Shown here: piece after piece, positions 40,126 through 50,497 of the stretch
How the letters are laid out: every line of letters begins with the position of its first letter
Position numbering within the stretch: position 1 is the stretch's first letter
NCBI GenBank assembly: GCA_965644295.1
Contig: CBFFRP010000378.1
Span: forward strand, 248,001 to 312,000
Direction of reading: 5' to 3'
DNA: 64,000 bases
DNA from: Paraphysomonas bandaiensis
Lineage: Eukaryota > Protista > Chrysophyceae
Made by a program: the position numbers and the translations under genes
Notes under the pieces: model-generated
Told to the model about the DNA's origin: nothing
The model's database searches: none
The model's input: only the letters and a program-made list of their open reading frames with translations

Positions 40126-43100
40126 CTAAGCGGACTCAAGGACTTGAGGGTAGCGTGTAGCCAAGTCCTTGTCGACGAGTACCATAGTGCTAGTGTCTAG
40201 TTCAGGGTGAACGAAACAATGCACGAGGTAGTTGTCATAACGGTAAGTGCGGAGAGTGAGAAGATCCTTGACGGATAATACTCTCCTAGAGCTTCGATGA
40301 TACCAGTGTGTGAACTGGATCGGAGCTACATAGGTCAGTAAGTGGGAGTCTGGTAACTGCAGTCCGTCGTACCATACGTCGCCATAAATGCGTAGGTCAA
40401 CATATGCATGGTCACCGGGTTTGAACTGAGTGATAGACTGGCGTCGGATGTCCGAGATATATTTCTTGGCACCCTCCGCTGGATAAATCAGGTGGTAGAG
40501 GTACCGTTTGCTGGAACAAAAGTCCGCGTAAGGCACTGAGTCAAAAAGGTCCTTGCTATAAGGCACTTCTCTGACATCACCATCCTGAAATCTCACAGTA
40601 AAAGTCAAAGTGGAGCGTGACTCTCTGTCACCCCGATAGTAGAGAATCTTGTCAATGACATGCTGATCCTGGTCTCGTAGAGCCATGCTGTACGCAGTTT
40701 CTCTATCACCTGGAAACAGTTTGACGTCTGTCACTGAAACACGTACCACTTGCCCTGTAGCAAGGTGCTGACAATCAATGTCATTTTTGTACTGGGTCTT
40801 AACAACAAAAGGTCCCATGTATCGATGTGACATCTTGGGATGAACCTTGGCGCCTTTGTCAAATAAAATGAAGTCGCCCGGTTGATATCGGTTCTGCTTG
40901 TCCGGGTGAACTCCCTCCCCAGCACGTTCACTCGCTAACTGCTGCTGGTAAGTTTTGGAAGCCGCCCGTAGGCCTTCTAACTGTTCATTAAGAGCAGTCA
41001 GTCTGGCGTGTGCACGCTCAGGCAAAGTCTGTATATTCATAGTTAAATATTCCAGATCATTAGAGCCAAAAGTGAGCTCAAAGGGTGAGTACCCCGTCTC
41101 GGATGAGACTTCTGAATTCAGAATGTATTGAGCGCTGGGTATCCAGCTGGGATCCTCAAAAACATCCTTTCGTTCTACACGCTTGCTGTTTTCATATACT
41201 AGGGCACGCAAATGTCGGACCACCTCACCGGTGATGCGTTCACAACCATTAGCATGCCTGTTGGCTATGCTGAAGGTGTGTCGGACGCCCATATATTCAG
41301 TCAGTTGTTTGAAAAGATCGGAAGTTAGGTCAGGACCCTGATCTGAGATGATAAGATCAGTGTGTCCGTAGTAACTCCAATACTTCCATACCGTGTTTGC
41401 CAAGTTGAGGGCAGTCACTCCTTTGACTGGCTCAAGATAAACTAACTTGGTGAACAGGTTGACTACGACATTAATGTGCGTGTATCCATCAGCACCATGG
41501 GGTGTGATTTCTACCGCATCAATACCAATAGCACTCCGAGCGCTCGGAGGCTTAAGGTTTCGGACTATAGGGATCAGCGCTTCTTTCATCGCCAATCTAG
41601 TCTTAACACAGTTTGGACACTTCGCAATGAAGTCTTCGACTACTTTGTAAGGAATTCCATGGCCGGGGAATTGCTTATTAAGTCGAATCCAAGTGGCTCG
41701 CCCACCGAGATGTCCAACTCGGGCATTATGTACTTGTTGCAAGGCATCCTCGGGAGTGACTGAACTTTGCGCATGAGGAGATACTTCCCTGTCTTCTGGG
41801 TTCATAAAATTGCCCAAGAAGTTAAAAAATTCATCCTCAGTGCAGTCCTCTCCAAGGAAGTAGGCATCGGCATAGTCTTCATCTAAGAATATACCGGACA
41901 ACGCCGCAACTTGATGCTCCCGAGATAACCAATCGGCTAACCAATTCTTGGCACCCGATATGTGTTTAATGCTGAAGTTGAAAGATTGCAAGAAAATTCT
42001 CCATCTTGTGATCTTAGGTACTTCAGACGACTCCATCCACAAGAGATTATTGTGGTCAGTCTCTATAGTGAACTGCTTCCCAATCAAATAGTACGCTAAG
42101 TGCTTGACACTGTAGTAAATACCATAAGCTTCTTGCTCTATCGTAGCCCATTTCTGAGCCTGAGCTGAAAACTTCTTTGATAGGAAGGCAATGGGTTGCA
42201 ACTGCTCTGTTCCATCTGCGAGAATCTTTTTCTGCAGAAGCACCGAGCCGATTCCTAGCTCACTAGCGTCAGTACGCAGTGTCCACTCCAAATTGTAGTC
42301 TGGGTAGAACAATTCGCAGGAATCTTGCAGGCCTTTTATGAAGCGACGATATTCAGCCTCATAATCGTGCCGCCACGTAGTCTTGTCCCAATTGAATTTC
42401 GATTTGGTCAAATCTGTGAGATGAGCAACCAAGTCTGAATATCTAGGGGTAAAACTGGAAAAGAACACGCCCTTGCCAAGCAGAGACCTCGCTTGTTTGG
42501 TGTTGGTAGGCATTGGGATTTTGCCTAGGGCTTCCTTCTTCTCAGGATTGACTTCATAGGATTTGTGTCTGCATACGTATCCGAAGAAGTCTACTTTTCT
42601 AAATCCAAGCCAACTCTTTGGCATTTTCAGTTTGAGATTCCTCTCGATGCATCTGTCAATCACTTTCTCAAATTTCTGATACGCATCTTGAGGGTCGTTG
42701 GCCAATATCAACATGTTGTCAAATATTACAATGGCCCAGTCAGAAAAATCTTCAAATATTTCCCTGACTACCTCTTGCAGAATTCCAGTAGCCGGCGCAA
42801 TACCTTCTGGCATGAACTTTGGCGCATATTGGCCCCATGGCGTCTGGATAGAAAGCCTCTCTGATGTTTCTTCCGCTAGAGGTATCTGATGGAAAGCGTT
42901 GGTCAAGTCGATATCCATATACAATGGGAAATTGATGATCTTGTCCAATTCATGCTTGACATTGGGAATTGTATAATTACCCACTTGCATGTGCTTGTTG
43001 ATGTTAACGTAATCCCCGCAGAATCGGATATAAGGTGGAGTAGCCTTGGGAGCAACCACCAAGCATGAAGCCCAAGGAGATCTGCTCTTCTGGTAAAAAT

Positions 43101-44091
43101 AACCACATAGTCTCCTGAACTCCTTTTCGGATGCTTCCCAGAGCTTAGGGTTGATCGGCCTGGCTCTGGGTTTCATTCTTTCAGGTAAAGTTTCTTTCCA
43201 CTTAAGAGTCAAAGGGTCAACACCTCGGACTCCTGTCCACTCATCAGGCACGAATACCTTCTCAGCTTTGGAAGATAAGAGATCCATAATGTTGGTCTCT
43301 TGTTTCATCTCCTGACTGACGTGAGTTTCTATTTGTTCATAGTAGTCTTTAAGAGCTTCCTCTCTAGACTTTCCGAGGAATGTCAAAGCATCTTTGAATT
43401 GAACGGGTAACTCAGTCTCGTTATCTTCTGGAGCGATAGCATCATTCGCTTTACTCCAGGGACGTCGGTGTTCCTCTCTGGATTCCATGTCCTCATTTTG
43501 TAGGGCACTCAAATTATGGTTCCCTTGAGCCGAATCTTCGAGATGATTCTCATGGGCCTGCTCCATGACAGCACACATGAAAGGATATAGCTTCCCAGTG
43601 AGGGCTGGTAGTCCCAAAATAATGTCATTAGATGACATGTCGATCACGATGAACTCACCAGTGTACTGGTAAGTGTGACTCTTGGGATCGGTAAACACTA
43701 AGTTCAATCGAACCCCTTCGTCAAGATCCTTTACGGTTCTACTGTCTGCCAAAACCACACGGTGTTTGACCTTGTAGAACCTGCTAGGTTCTAGCTTGGT
43801 ACGCAATCTATCCACAAGATCACGTGCTACGTAGTTAGCGGATAGGGCTCCTGTGTCACATAAAACTTTCACTAATTCTTCCACTCCGAACTTCTTGTCT
43901 ATAATTACTCTACCTACTGTATGTGCTGATGAAAATTTCTTGGCTGAAGGATATGAAGCATACAGCTTAGCTCCATCCTTGAAATGGACCTTTGAAGAAG
44001 TAGTATTCAATGTTTTAGCCTCTGGGAGATAATCACAATCATCATTCCCATCACAAACACTGATCACATGTTCTTCTAGGTCCTCAATCAT
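40126..44091 (-). CDS. Gypsy Pol (protease, RT, RNase H, integrase, GPY/F, chromodomain-like, C-terminal extension)
   Basis: LCDTGA protease; DLTNAFHQI, MPEGI and IFDN in RT; TDAS, EQEA, TDHNNL and ADWLSR in RNase H; H-x5-H...CPNC, IDAV, SDQG and CER in integrase; YMGPF; VIDKIL...FTVRFQD. Confidence 0.96.
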   Translation of the reverse strand: MIEDLEEHVISVCDGNDDCDYLPEAKTLNTTSSKVHFKDGAKLYASYPSAKKFSSAHTVGRVIIDKKFGVEELVKVLCDTGALSANYVARDLVDRLRTKLEPSRFYKVKHRVVLADSRTVKDLDEGVRLNLVFTDPKSHTYQYTGEFIVIDMSSNDIILGLPALTGKLYPFMCAVMEQAHENHLEDSAQGNHNLSALQNEDMESREEHRRPWSKANDAIAPEDNETELPVQFKDALTFLGKSREEALKDYYEQIETHVSQEMKQETNIMDLLSSKAEKVFVPDEWTGVRGVDPLTLKWKETLPERMKPRARPINPKLWEASEKEFRRLCGYFYQKSRSPWASCLVVAPKATPPYIRFCGDYVNINKHMQVGNYTIPNVKHELDKIINFPLYMDIDLTNAFHQIPLAEETSERLSIQTPWGQYAPKFMPEGIAPATGILQEVVREIFEDFSDWAIVIFDNMLILANDPQDAYQKFEKVIDRCIERNLKLKMPKSWLGFRKVDFFGYVCRHKSYEVNPEKKEALGKIPMPTNTKQARSLLGKGVFFSSFTPRYSDLVAHLTDLTKSKFNWDKTTWRHDYEAEYRRFIKGLQDSCELFYPDYNLEWTLRTDASELGIGSVLLQKKILADGTEQLQPIAFLSKKFSAQAQKWATIEQEAYGIYYSVKHLAYYLIGKQFTIETDHNNLLWMESSEVPKITRWRIFLQSFNFSIKHISGAKNWLADWLSREHQVAALSGIFLDEDYADAYFLGEDCTEDEFFNFLGNFMNPEDREVSPHAQSSVTPEDALQQVHNARVGHLGGRATWIRLNKQFPGHGIPYKVVEDFIAKCPNCVKTRLAMKEALIPIVRNLKPPSARSAIGIDAVEITPHGADGYTHINVVVNLFTKLVYLEPVKGVTALNLANTVWKYWSYYGHTDLIISDQGPDLTSDLFKQLTEYMGVRHTFSIANRHANGCERITGEVVRHLRALVYENSKRVERKDVFEDPSWIPSAQYILNSEVSSETGYSPFELTFGSNDLEYLTMNIQTLPERAHARLTALNEQLEGLRAASKTYQQQLASERAGEGVHPDKQNRYQPGDFILFDKGAKVHPKMSHRYMGPFVVKTQYKNDIDCQHLATGQVVRVSVTDVKLFPGDRETAYSMALRDQDQHVIDKILYYRGDRESRSTLTFTVRFQDGDVREVPYSKDLFDSVPYADFCSSKRYLYHLIYPAEGAKKYISDIRRQSITQFKPGDHAYVDLRIYGDVWYDGLQLPDSHLLTYVAPIQFTHWYHRSSRRVLSVKDLLTLRTYRYDNYLVHCFVHPELDTSTMVLVDKDLATRYPQVLESA

Positions 44092-44106
44092 GTTAACCTC
44101 CTTATC

Positions 44107-45909
44107 TCAAGGACGAGAGTCGCCGAAGCGATCTCTCCTTAAAATAGCAGGAGGTTTATCCTGAGACCCCGAAGTTGAAGAAGTGGTCTTCAAATAAGCT
44201 TGGGATTTCTCAGCCAATTCCGAAGCGGTATTGGCGAGAGCTCTAGGATTATGGCTATAACGACAATCACTCTTGTCGCACTTGCCATACATGATTTTTC
44301 TCATGCACCCATACTTCTCTTGTTTGGGTTTATGAGATGGATTCTGGCCATCCATAGCTTGCAAAGCTCCTTCTGAGTCGGATGTATCTTTCTCTTCAGA
44401 AGTTTCGGTCGCTGGCTCGCCATTAGGTTTGCCGCCAGTAGGAACATCGGTACTGTGGTTGTTGCTTTTCCATGTATCCCCATAGGCATCCCATAAATCT
44501 TCTTCATCATGAGAAAATTCATTGGAAGAAAAAGAAGCCCGTTCCTCTTCCATGTTAAATAACCTGGTAGAAGAGTGGGTGCTAGTGGAATTCTTTGCCA
44601 CTCCAGACTTAGGTCTAGAAAACATTTCACGCTTGCGCTTCATGTATTCCTCATACTTCGCCTGATGTTGCACGGTTGCTTTGAAGGGCAACTGTTTATA
44701 AGCAATCGTGATCTGGTAATGGTCTAACAGTACCTCCGTATATAGTTTGAAGAAGTCTTCCATAAAGTCGAACTTCTTCTTCGGAATACAACCTAGAACA
44801 AATTTCACATATGTGACGTCGTTCAGGGTTTTAAATAGCCTAATAAGGCCGTATTCCTTGTCGTCAGCCTGTGGACACCAACGCCTGTTGCTTTCATTTT
44901 CCAACATGATAGACAACATCCTTTTAAAGGATTCTATCAAACGAAGTTGTTGAAAATAGAAGGCTTCAAAATTGACAGCGTTGACATTGTCCCACTCCAT
45001 GACCTTCATATGGCTGAGAGATTCTTTCAGCTCGTTGTAAAACCCAACACAGCTGAAAACTTTCGTCTCTAGGGCTACGATTCTCATGAGGTCAGATATG
45101 TCCATGCTAGCTAATTCTGCGTGTTGAATATCATAGACGGAACGCAAGTGATCCTTCAGGTTTCTAGATAAAACTTTCTGGATGCGGACTTCTGTTTCTT
45201 CCTCTTCTTGGAAATCCAGAATCTCCTTGATCGCCCTTGAAACTCTACCAAGTTTGAATGTCTCGATCCTGACGTGACACTTCTTCTCCAGCCTAGTTAT
45301 ATTGACAGTCTTAGCTTGGGCCACCTTGGCGCTGCGTTTCAAATTCCGGAAGAACTTTCCTGGACGTTTCTCTCCAAAAACACTGGCAAGACGCCCCAAA
45401 TGTTCTTCTGCCTCTTCCTCAAGCTCTGAGTCGGAGCTCTCCTCACTCAGTTGCTCTTTCTTCTCTGGCAATCTCCTGAATGTAGCCAGATCTCCTAAAG
45501 TGGAATAACGGGGTTTTGGTCGGTCTTTCTTAGCACGCTTAGTGACTCCCCTGGGTGTGGTATTTGCTTTACTGCCCTTGCTGCTGAATGAATCAGGTGT
45601 GTCATCACTCTGGGTGTCTGATGAATCAGGTGTATCTGCTCTCTTAGAACTCTCCAGAGCTTGTACCCTACTGTCTAGGTTGGATATCGCAAAGGCTACT
45701 TGTCCCAGGGTGCCTTGGATCTCCTGTACTGAGTCCAGAATCTGTTGGGTTGCTGAGGATGCTGGGGCAGAAGGTGAAGGTATCATGGGCGCTTCTTCGT
45801 ATTGACTTTCATCTATTTTATCTGGTGAGTCCTCCTGTACCACTGGTTTAGGACGCCGTGGAGCAGTGGACGGCTTCTTGCTGGTCCTTTTGCCACTAGG
45901 AGTAGACAT
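44107..45909 (-). CDS. Gypsy Gag-like protein with a C-terminal CCCH zinc finger
   Basis: 600-aa ORF between the 5' LTR and pol; N-terminal coiled coil; CMRKIMYGKCDKSDCRYSH. Confidence 0.85.
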   Translation of the reverse strand: MSTPSGKRTSKKPSTAPRRPKPVVQEDSPDKIDESQYEEAPMIPSPSAPASSATQQILDSVQEIQGTLGQVAFAISNLDSRVQALESSKRADTPDSSDTQSDDTPDSFSSKGSKANTTPRGVTKRAKKDRPKPRYSTLGDLATFRRLPEKKEQLSEESSDSELEEEAEEHLGRLASVFGEKRPGKFFRNLKRSAKVAQAKTVNITRLEKKCHVRIETFKLGRVSRAIKEILDFQEEEETEVRIQKVLSRNLKDHLRSVYDIQHAELASMDISDLMRIVALETKVFSCVGFYNELKESLSHMKVMEWDNVNAVNFEAFYFQQLRLIESFKRMLSIMLENESNRRWCPQADDKEYGLIRLFKTLNDVTYVKFVLGCIPKKKFDFMEDFFKLYTEVLLDHYQITIAYKQLPFKATVQHQAKYEEYMKRKREMFSRPKSGVAKNSTSTHSSTRLFNMEEERASFSSNEFSHDEEDLWDAYGDTWKSNNHSTDVPTGGKPNGEPATETSEEKDTSDSEGALQAMDGQNPSHKPKQEKYGCMRKIMYGKCDKSDCRYSHNPRALANTASELAEKSQAYLKTTSSTSGSQDKPPAILRRDRFGDSRP

Positions 45910-46840
45910 TTTGAATTGCGGTCTTATTAATTACAGGACAGCTTGGGCTCAGGTTTATTGGAGCTATCGCAAGATCAAACTATGTAGATATTGCTGTACA
46001 AGTATTTCGCAGGCAGTCAGTTGTCTATGCGATAAAATTGTATTGCAAGTCTCTTACAAGGTCTATCTCACCCACTCAATAATTGAGGTATCCACTCATT
46101 TCGCAGACGGTCAGTTGTCAATGCGATAAGAGCAGTTTTCCAAAATGTTGAGTTTGTTGCAGTGTTCAAGGTACACTCTTAACGACGCAGTCTAACGGAG
46201 TCCGCGCTCACGGATATGTATTCTCAAACACTGCAAGATATCACTCCTTAATTCCTAAGCTTGCACTGGTATGCAATCTATAGACTCTAAGAACTATTCG
46301 AATATGAGGAGGCTAATAAAGGCCAAGCTCAGTATTCTAATGTGCAAGAATAACAAGTGTTGCAAATATTGCAAAATGAGTTGTATGTGTAACAATTACT
46401 ATCAGCGCTGATCTGCTTTTTTCAGTAATTAATTACTATGACACAGCCAGGTTTGATAACCAAGGCTGTGCAGCAGAAACAAACACAATGAGTTAACCAG
46501 AGCTATATGTACGTCTGATTGCAGGAGAACAGGATGATTATTACTCTAAACAGTATGTCAAGCGTTGCAAGCTTGTACTAGTGACTCCCTCCAAGAATCA
46601 CCGCGCAAACCCCACCTCCAGTGAAGTCAGAACACTAGTGTACAAACAGAACAACACTTAACAAAACACTGAGCTGTAAAGCAATGCAACATAGAACAAG
46701 CACAACACACCACACTCGCGATGACACCACACACCACACTCGCCAGTTTGTAAATTAGCCGTTGAATACTGCGTATTCAGAGTACTGCTACTGTATTACA
46801 ATGGACCAACATGTATGTGAGTGTGCAGCATACCGTATGA

Positions 46841-47356
46841 TGCTTTTCCTACATCTACTATCTCAGACTAAGAACCAATGTCCACATCAGATACATACAT
46901 CATATCCATTGCTGCATAAACAATGTCTGCCACTACAGATCCACCAACCCTCAGGGCGATAAGCCTGAACAGCAAGGTTTATTCTCCTTACAGGATTTGG
47001 AGCTAGGACTGCGTTTCTGCCTCTACAGCGGTGAAGTGTATACCTCCCGTCCCAGCTGGGGAGCATATATACTTGAGATGGCTAAGGACTTCTATATAGA
47101 TGCGGAGCGGGACACTCGGGACATGGGTTACCTTTGGCCGCTGGGGTCCCAAGCTTATTTGGCCCGGGTGCCTCATAATCATGGTAGGTATATAAACACG
47201 GTGTATCCTTCTGACCATGCTGCTGGCTGGCGCTTCAACTGCGAATTTGTAGTAGATGAGTCCGGCTTGGACGTGGTCTGGGTGCAGACCACTCGGGCAG
47301 TTGCGGCCGGCGAAGAGCTGTTGGCAGATTATGGGAAATTGTACCTCCAGTCCTAG
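46841..47356 (+). CDS. SET-domain ORF inside the 5' LTR (identical second copy)
   Basis: Same translation as the 3' LTR copy, offset by 7,553 bp. Confidence 0.8.
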   Translation, partial: CFSYIYYLRLRTNVHIRYIHHIHCCINNVCHYRSTNPQGDKPEQQGLFSLQDLELGLRFCLYSGEVYTSRPSWGAYILEMAKDFYIDAERDTRDMGYLWPLGSQAYLARVPHNHGRYINTVYPSDHAAGWRFNCEFVVDESGLDVVWVQTTRAVAAGEELLADYGKLYLQS

Positions 47357-47556
47357 TGCTAGTTCTTCAGTAATCTGTAGCGTAATAATGATATGTTTCT
47401 GATACTTCTATCGTCTCTGTCTTCATCCCGTAGTTAGTAGTTTTGCACTTACTATAGACACGTGACTGAGGCATGTGAAATGCCACGTGGTCACACGGTG
47501 ACATAACTAATATCTTAAGTAGCTGAAACTGAACTTACACAATAATCAGTTAGTAT

Positions 47557-47700
47557 ATTGAATGTATTGAATGTCTTATTATTTAGCAATAGGCGTTGAA
47601 AACCTGCACTAATTAGTTGCTAGAAGAATACTAGACATACTATTTAGACCTCTACCCGTAAATAATCAATACAAACTCTTTTATCCTACTATTTAACATT
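47557..47700 (-). repeat. Copy of the dispersed repeat with (ATTGAATGT)2 terminal repeat
   Basis: attgaatgtattgaatgtcttattatttagcaataggcgttgaaaacc... matches the copies at 30931 and 19283. Confidence 0.6.
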
Positions 47701-48842
47701 TTACGAAATCAATGAGTTATAATTATACTCAACATCTCTTATAATTCATTGACATTCAACAAATTTGTATTCTTGTCCTGCTGTTATTACCTACATTACT
47801 GTATTATTTAACTAACTTGCACTTAATTGCATACAAAGAAGCACTGCTCAACACAGCGATTTGTGCTTCGTGCTAGAGTTTGATTCATATGTAATTGGGT
47901 TTATAGCTTATTATTGACTTATAATCTACTATACATACTAGACATTTAATTGTAATATAGTGCGATGCATCTTCTAGATGCTGTTTAGATACTTTGTACT
48001 GTTAGTTTTGGGTGTTGGAGTACAAAATATATATCATGAAGCTTACTATTTGTGAGAATAACACAAGAGGTATGCATCCTAACAAGTATTTCTCATCGTC
48101 AATCATTGAATATTCTACGTTGAATATCTCACTTCAGACAATCAATAATATACAGTCTTCACAAGTCACGATCACACACAGTAGCAATATTTCAGTTTAT
48201 CTGCACTAACGGCATGAAACTTATGTAGTACAAAATTGAACTGCAGTATATTGTATATATATAGAAGCGGTTATAAACAAAACCTTAGACCACGCATTTA
48301 AATGTCTAACTCAATAGCCTTAACACGTACAAAAACAAGAACTTTTCTTACCTGACTATTCACCTAAAGTGAATTAATACTCTCAAAATATTTTCCAAGC
48401 TCACATATACTTTCAGTGCTGTAGTTTGCAGTGATATAGTGTACCTCTAACCTCTAAGGCAAGTGGTAGTATGAAAAGTGGTGTCGGCCAAATCTAGCGA
48501 TAGCGACACTAATTAAGAAAACGGTCATTTGACTTATTAAATGTATAAATCACTAGCTAATTGGGATATTGAATAACGATTAATGCTTAACTGACTGTTT
48601 TGACGCTTGAGAAAAGATATCAAAAAGTGTTATAACAAAATATACTATATAAATATATACCGACATACTATTTGCGTCTATAGCCTTTTCAAGTGAGTAT
48701 AGCAAAACATTCCTTATTATAGCAGAATGATACTACTAAGTATGCTATAAACAAGTGCAGATTACATTATTTGATAGTAACAAACGACAAAATCATCACA
48801 TATACTCCAAACGTATAATATGTACCTTCGTATCATATGTTA

Positions 48843-49993
48843 TCACTGCAACTCTAGGACACTTCCAAATCGTTTCACTATATCAGCAGCTGGTTCAATG
48901 GATTTAATTCCAGAAACTCCTTTTCCTGCCTGCCAGAGCTGTACATTATCATCGACAACAGCTTTTTGGTAGTTTTTAACGGCATTATTTAGCAAATACA
49001 TGCGGGCATATCCCTTCGTTGATGGTTGCCGGAGCAGGAATGATATCAGCCAGTTAGTTCTAAGTCCACCCTCTTCTATCATAGGGGTACGGATAACAGA
49101 TGACTCCGTTCCCGCTAATTTGTTAGTAAGTACGATATCATCAGCAGATGATTTCACGATAGCATTTTTGTACGCTTTGGAAATTTGACATTCATCTGTT
49201 GCAAGGAAACGGGTTCCCATTTGTACACCCGCGTACCCCATATTGAGGGCAGAGGTAAAAGCGTCTTCATCTCCTACGCCGCCAGCACAAAGAAGAGGCA
49301 CATTAAGGTCCAAGCTAGAGACTTGTTTGACAAAAGTATCTGCGGGAAGAGATCCGGTCTGGCCACCCATGGAATCATTGAGAAGATTTAGCCCATCTAC
49401 ACCTGCACCAACTGCCCGACGAGCCAGCTCTGCGTTGTGTACATCATGGTACACTTTGATTCCATGCTCATGTGCACGTCTGTAATAGCAAATTCAATGA
49501 GTTAAGCTAACCAAAGACATATACACAACATAACAGCATCCACTCACACTCCAGATAAACATACTTACTTCACAATATTATCAGGTTTTCCCAAACTAGT
49601 TAAAAAGAATTTCACACCTTCATCAATAGATATATCCATCCATTCATCCATCATTTTTTGATATTTTTTATTAGGTAATATCGTGAAATTCACACCAAAT
49701 GGTTTATTATGACTGAGTTGTTTAATCAGTCGTAAGCCATCACGAAAATTATGACGATATAAATGCGTTAATGAGAGTGGTTGAACTATTCCCATACCAC
49801 CAGCTTTACTAACAGCAGCAATAAGTTCAGGATTACTACCAGGATACATTGGTCCACAGAATAATGGGATAGATGCACCAGTATCTTGTAGTAGTTTCTG
49901 GATATCTGGACGAGTTGTGATTGATTGGGATAATGAGCGGGTAGGGAGATAAGTAGAATGGAGTTTACGAATGTGTTGAAATGTAAGATTCAT
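48843..49993 (-). CDS. Nitronate monooxygenase / 2-nitropropane dioxygenase-family FMN enzyme; intron 49480-49568
   Basis: PLFCGPMY, LIAAVSKAGGMG, PFGVN, MGGQTG, PLLCAGGVGD, GYAGVQMGTRFLATDEC and WQAGKGV; N-terminus resembles a mitochondrial transit peptide. Confidence 0.88.
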
Positions 49994-50061
49994 TGTATGA
50001 TTGTTTGTATAGGAAGACAGTGTTAATGCAACCTTAACAACATCCTCTGCACAGCTATCGA

Positions 50062-50497
50062 CCTACCTACACACTGTATACCTACATACATACATACATA
50101 CTGTATACATACATACATACATACATACATACATACTGTATACCTACATACATACATACATACATACATACATACATACATACATACATACATACATACA
50201 TACCTACATACATACATACATACATACATACATACATACCTACCTACCTACCTACCTACCTACCTACCTACATACATACATACATACATACATACATACA
50301 TACATACATACATACATACATACATACATACATCTACAAGTGCCGGTATATACTGCTGCTGTACATACATACATACGTACATACATACATACATACATAC
50401 ATACATACATACATACATACATACATACGTACATACATACATACATGCATACATACATTCATACATACATACATACATCTACACACCTACCTACCTA
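50062..50497. repeat. (TACA)n/(TACC)n microsatellite upstream of the NMO gene
   Basis: Directly visible. Confidence 0.95.

Larger units (their letters stand above)
38884..47495 (-). mobile_element. Intact Ty3/gypsy (chromovirus-like) LTR retrotransposon; 1,059-bp LTRs (5' 46437-47495, 3' 38884-39942), 4-bp TSD CGGT
   Basis: Direct repeats offset by 7,553 bp with identical ORF translations; cggt at 38880-38883 and 47496-47499; purine-rich PPT (A-run + gggaggcggggcaa on the - strand) at ~39943-39973; PR-RT-RH-IN order. Confidence 0.97.
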
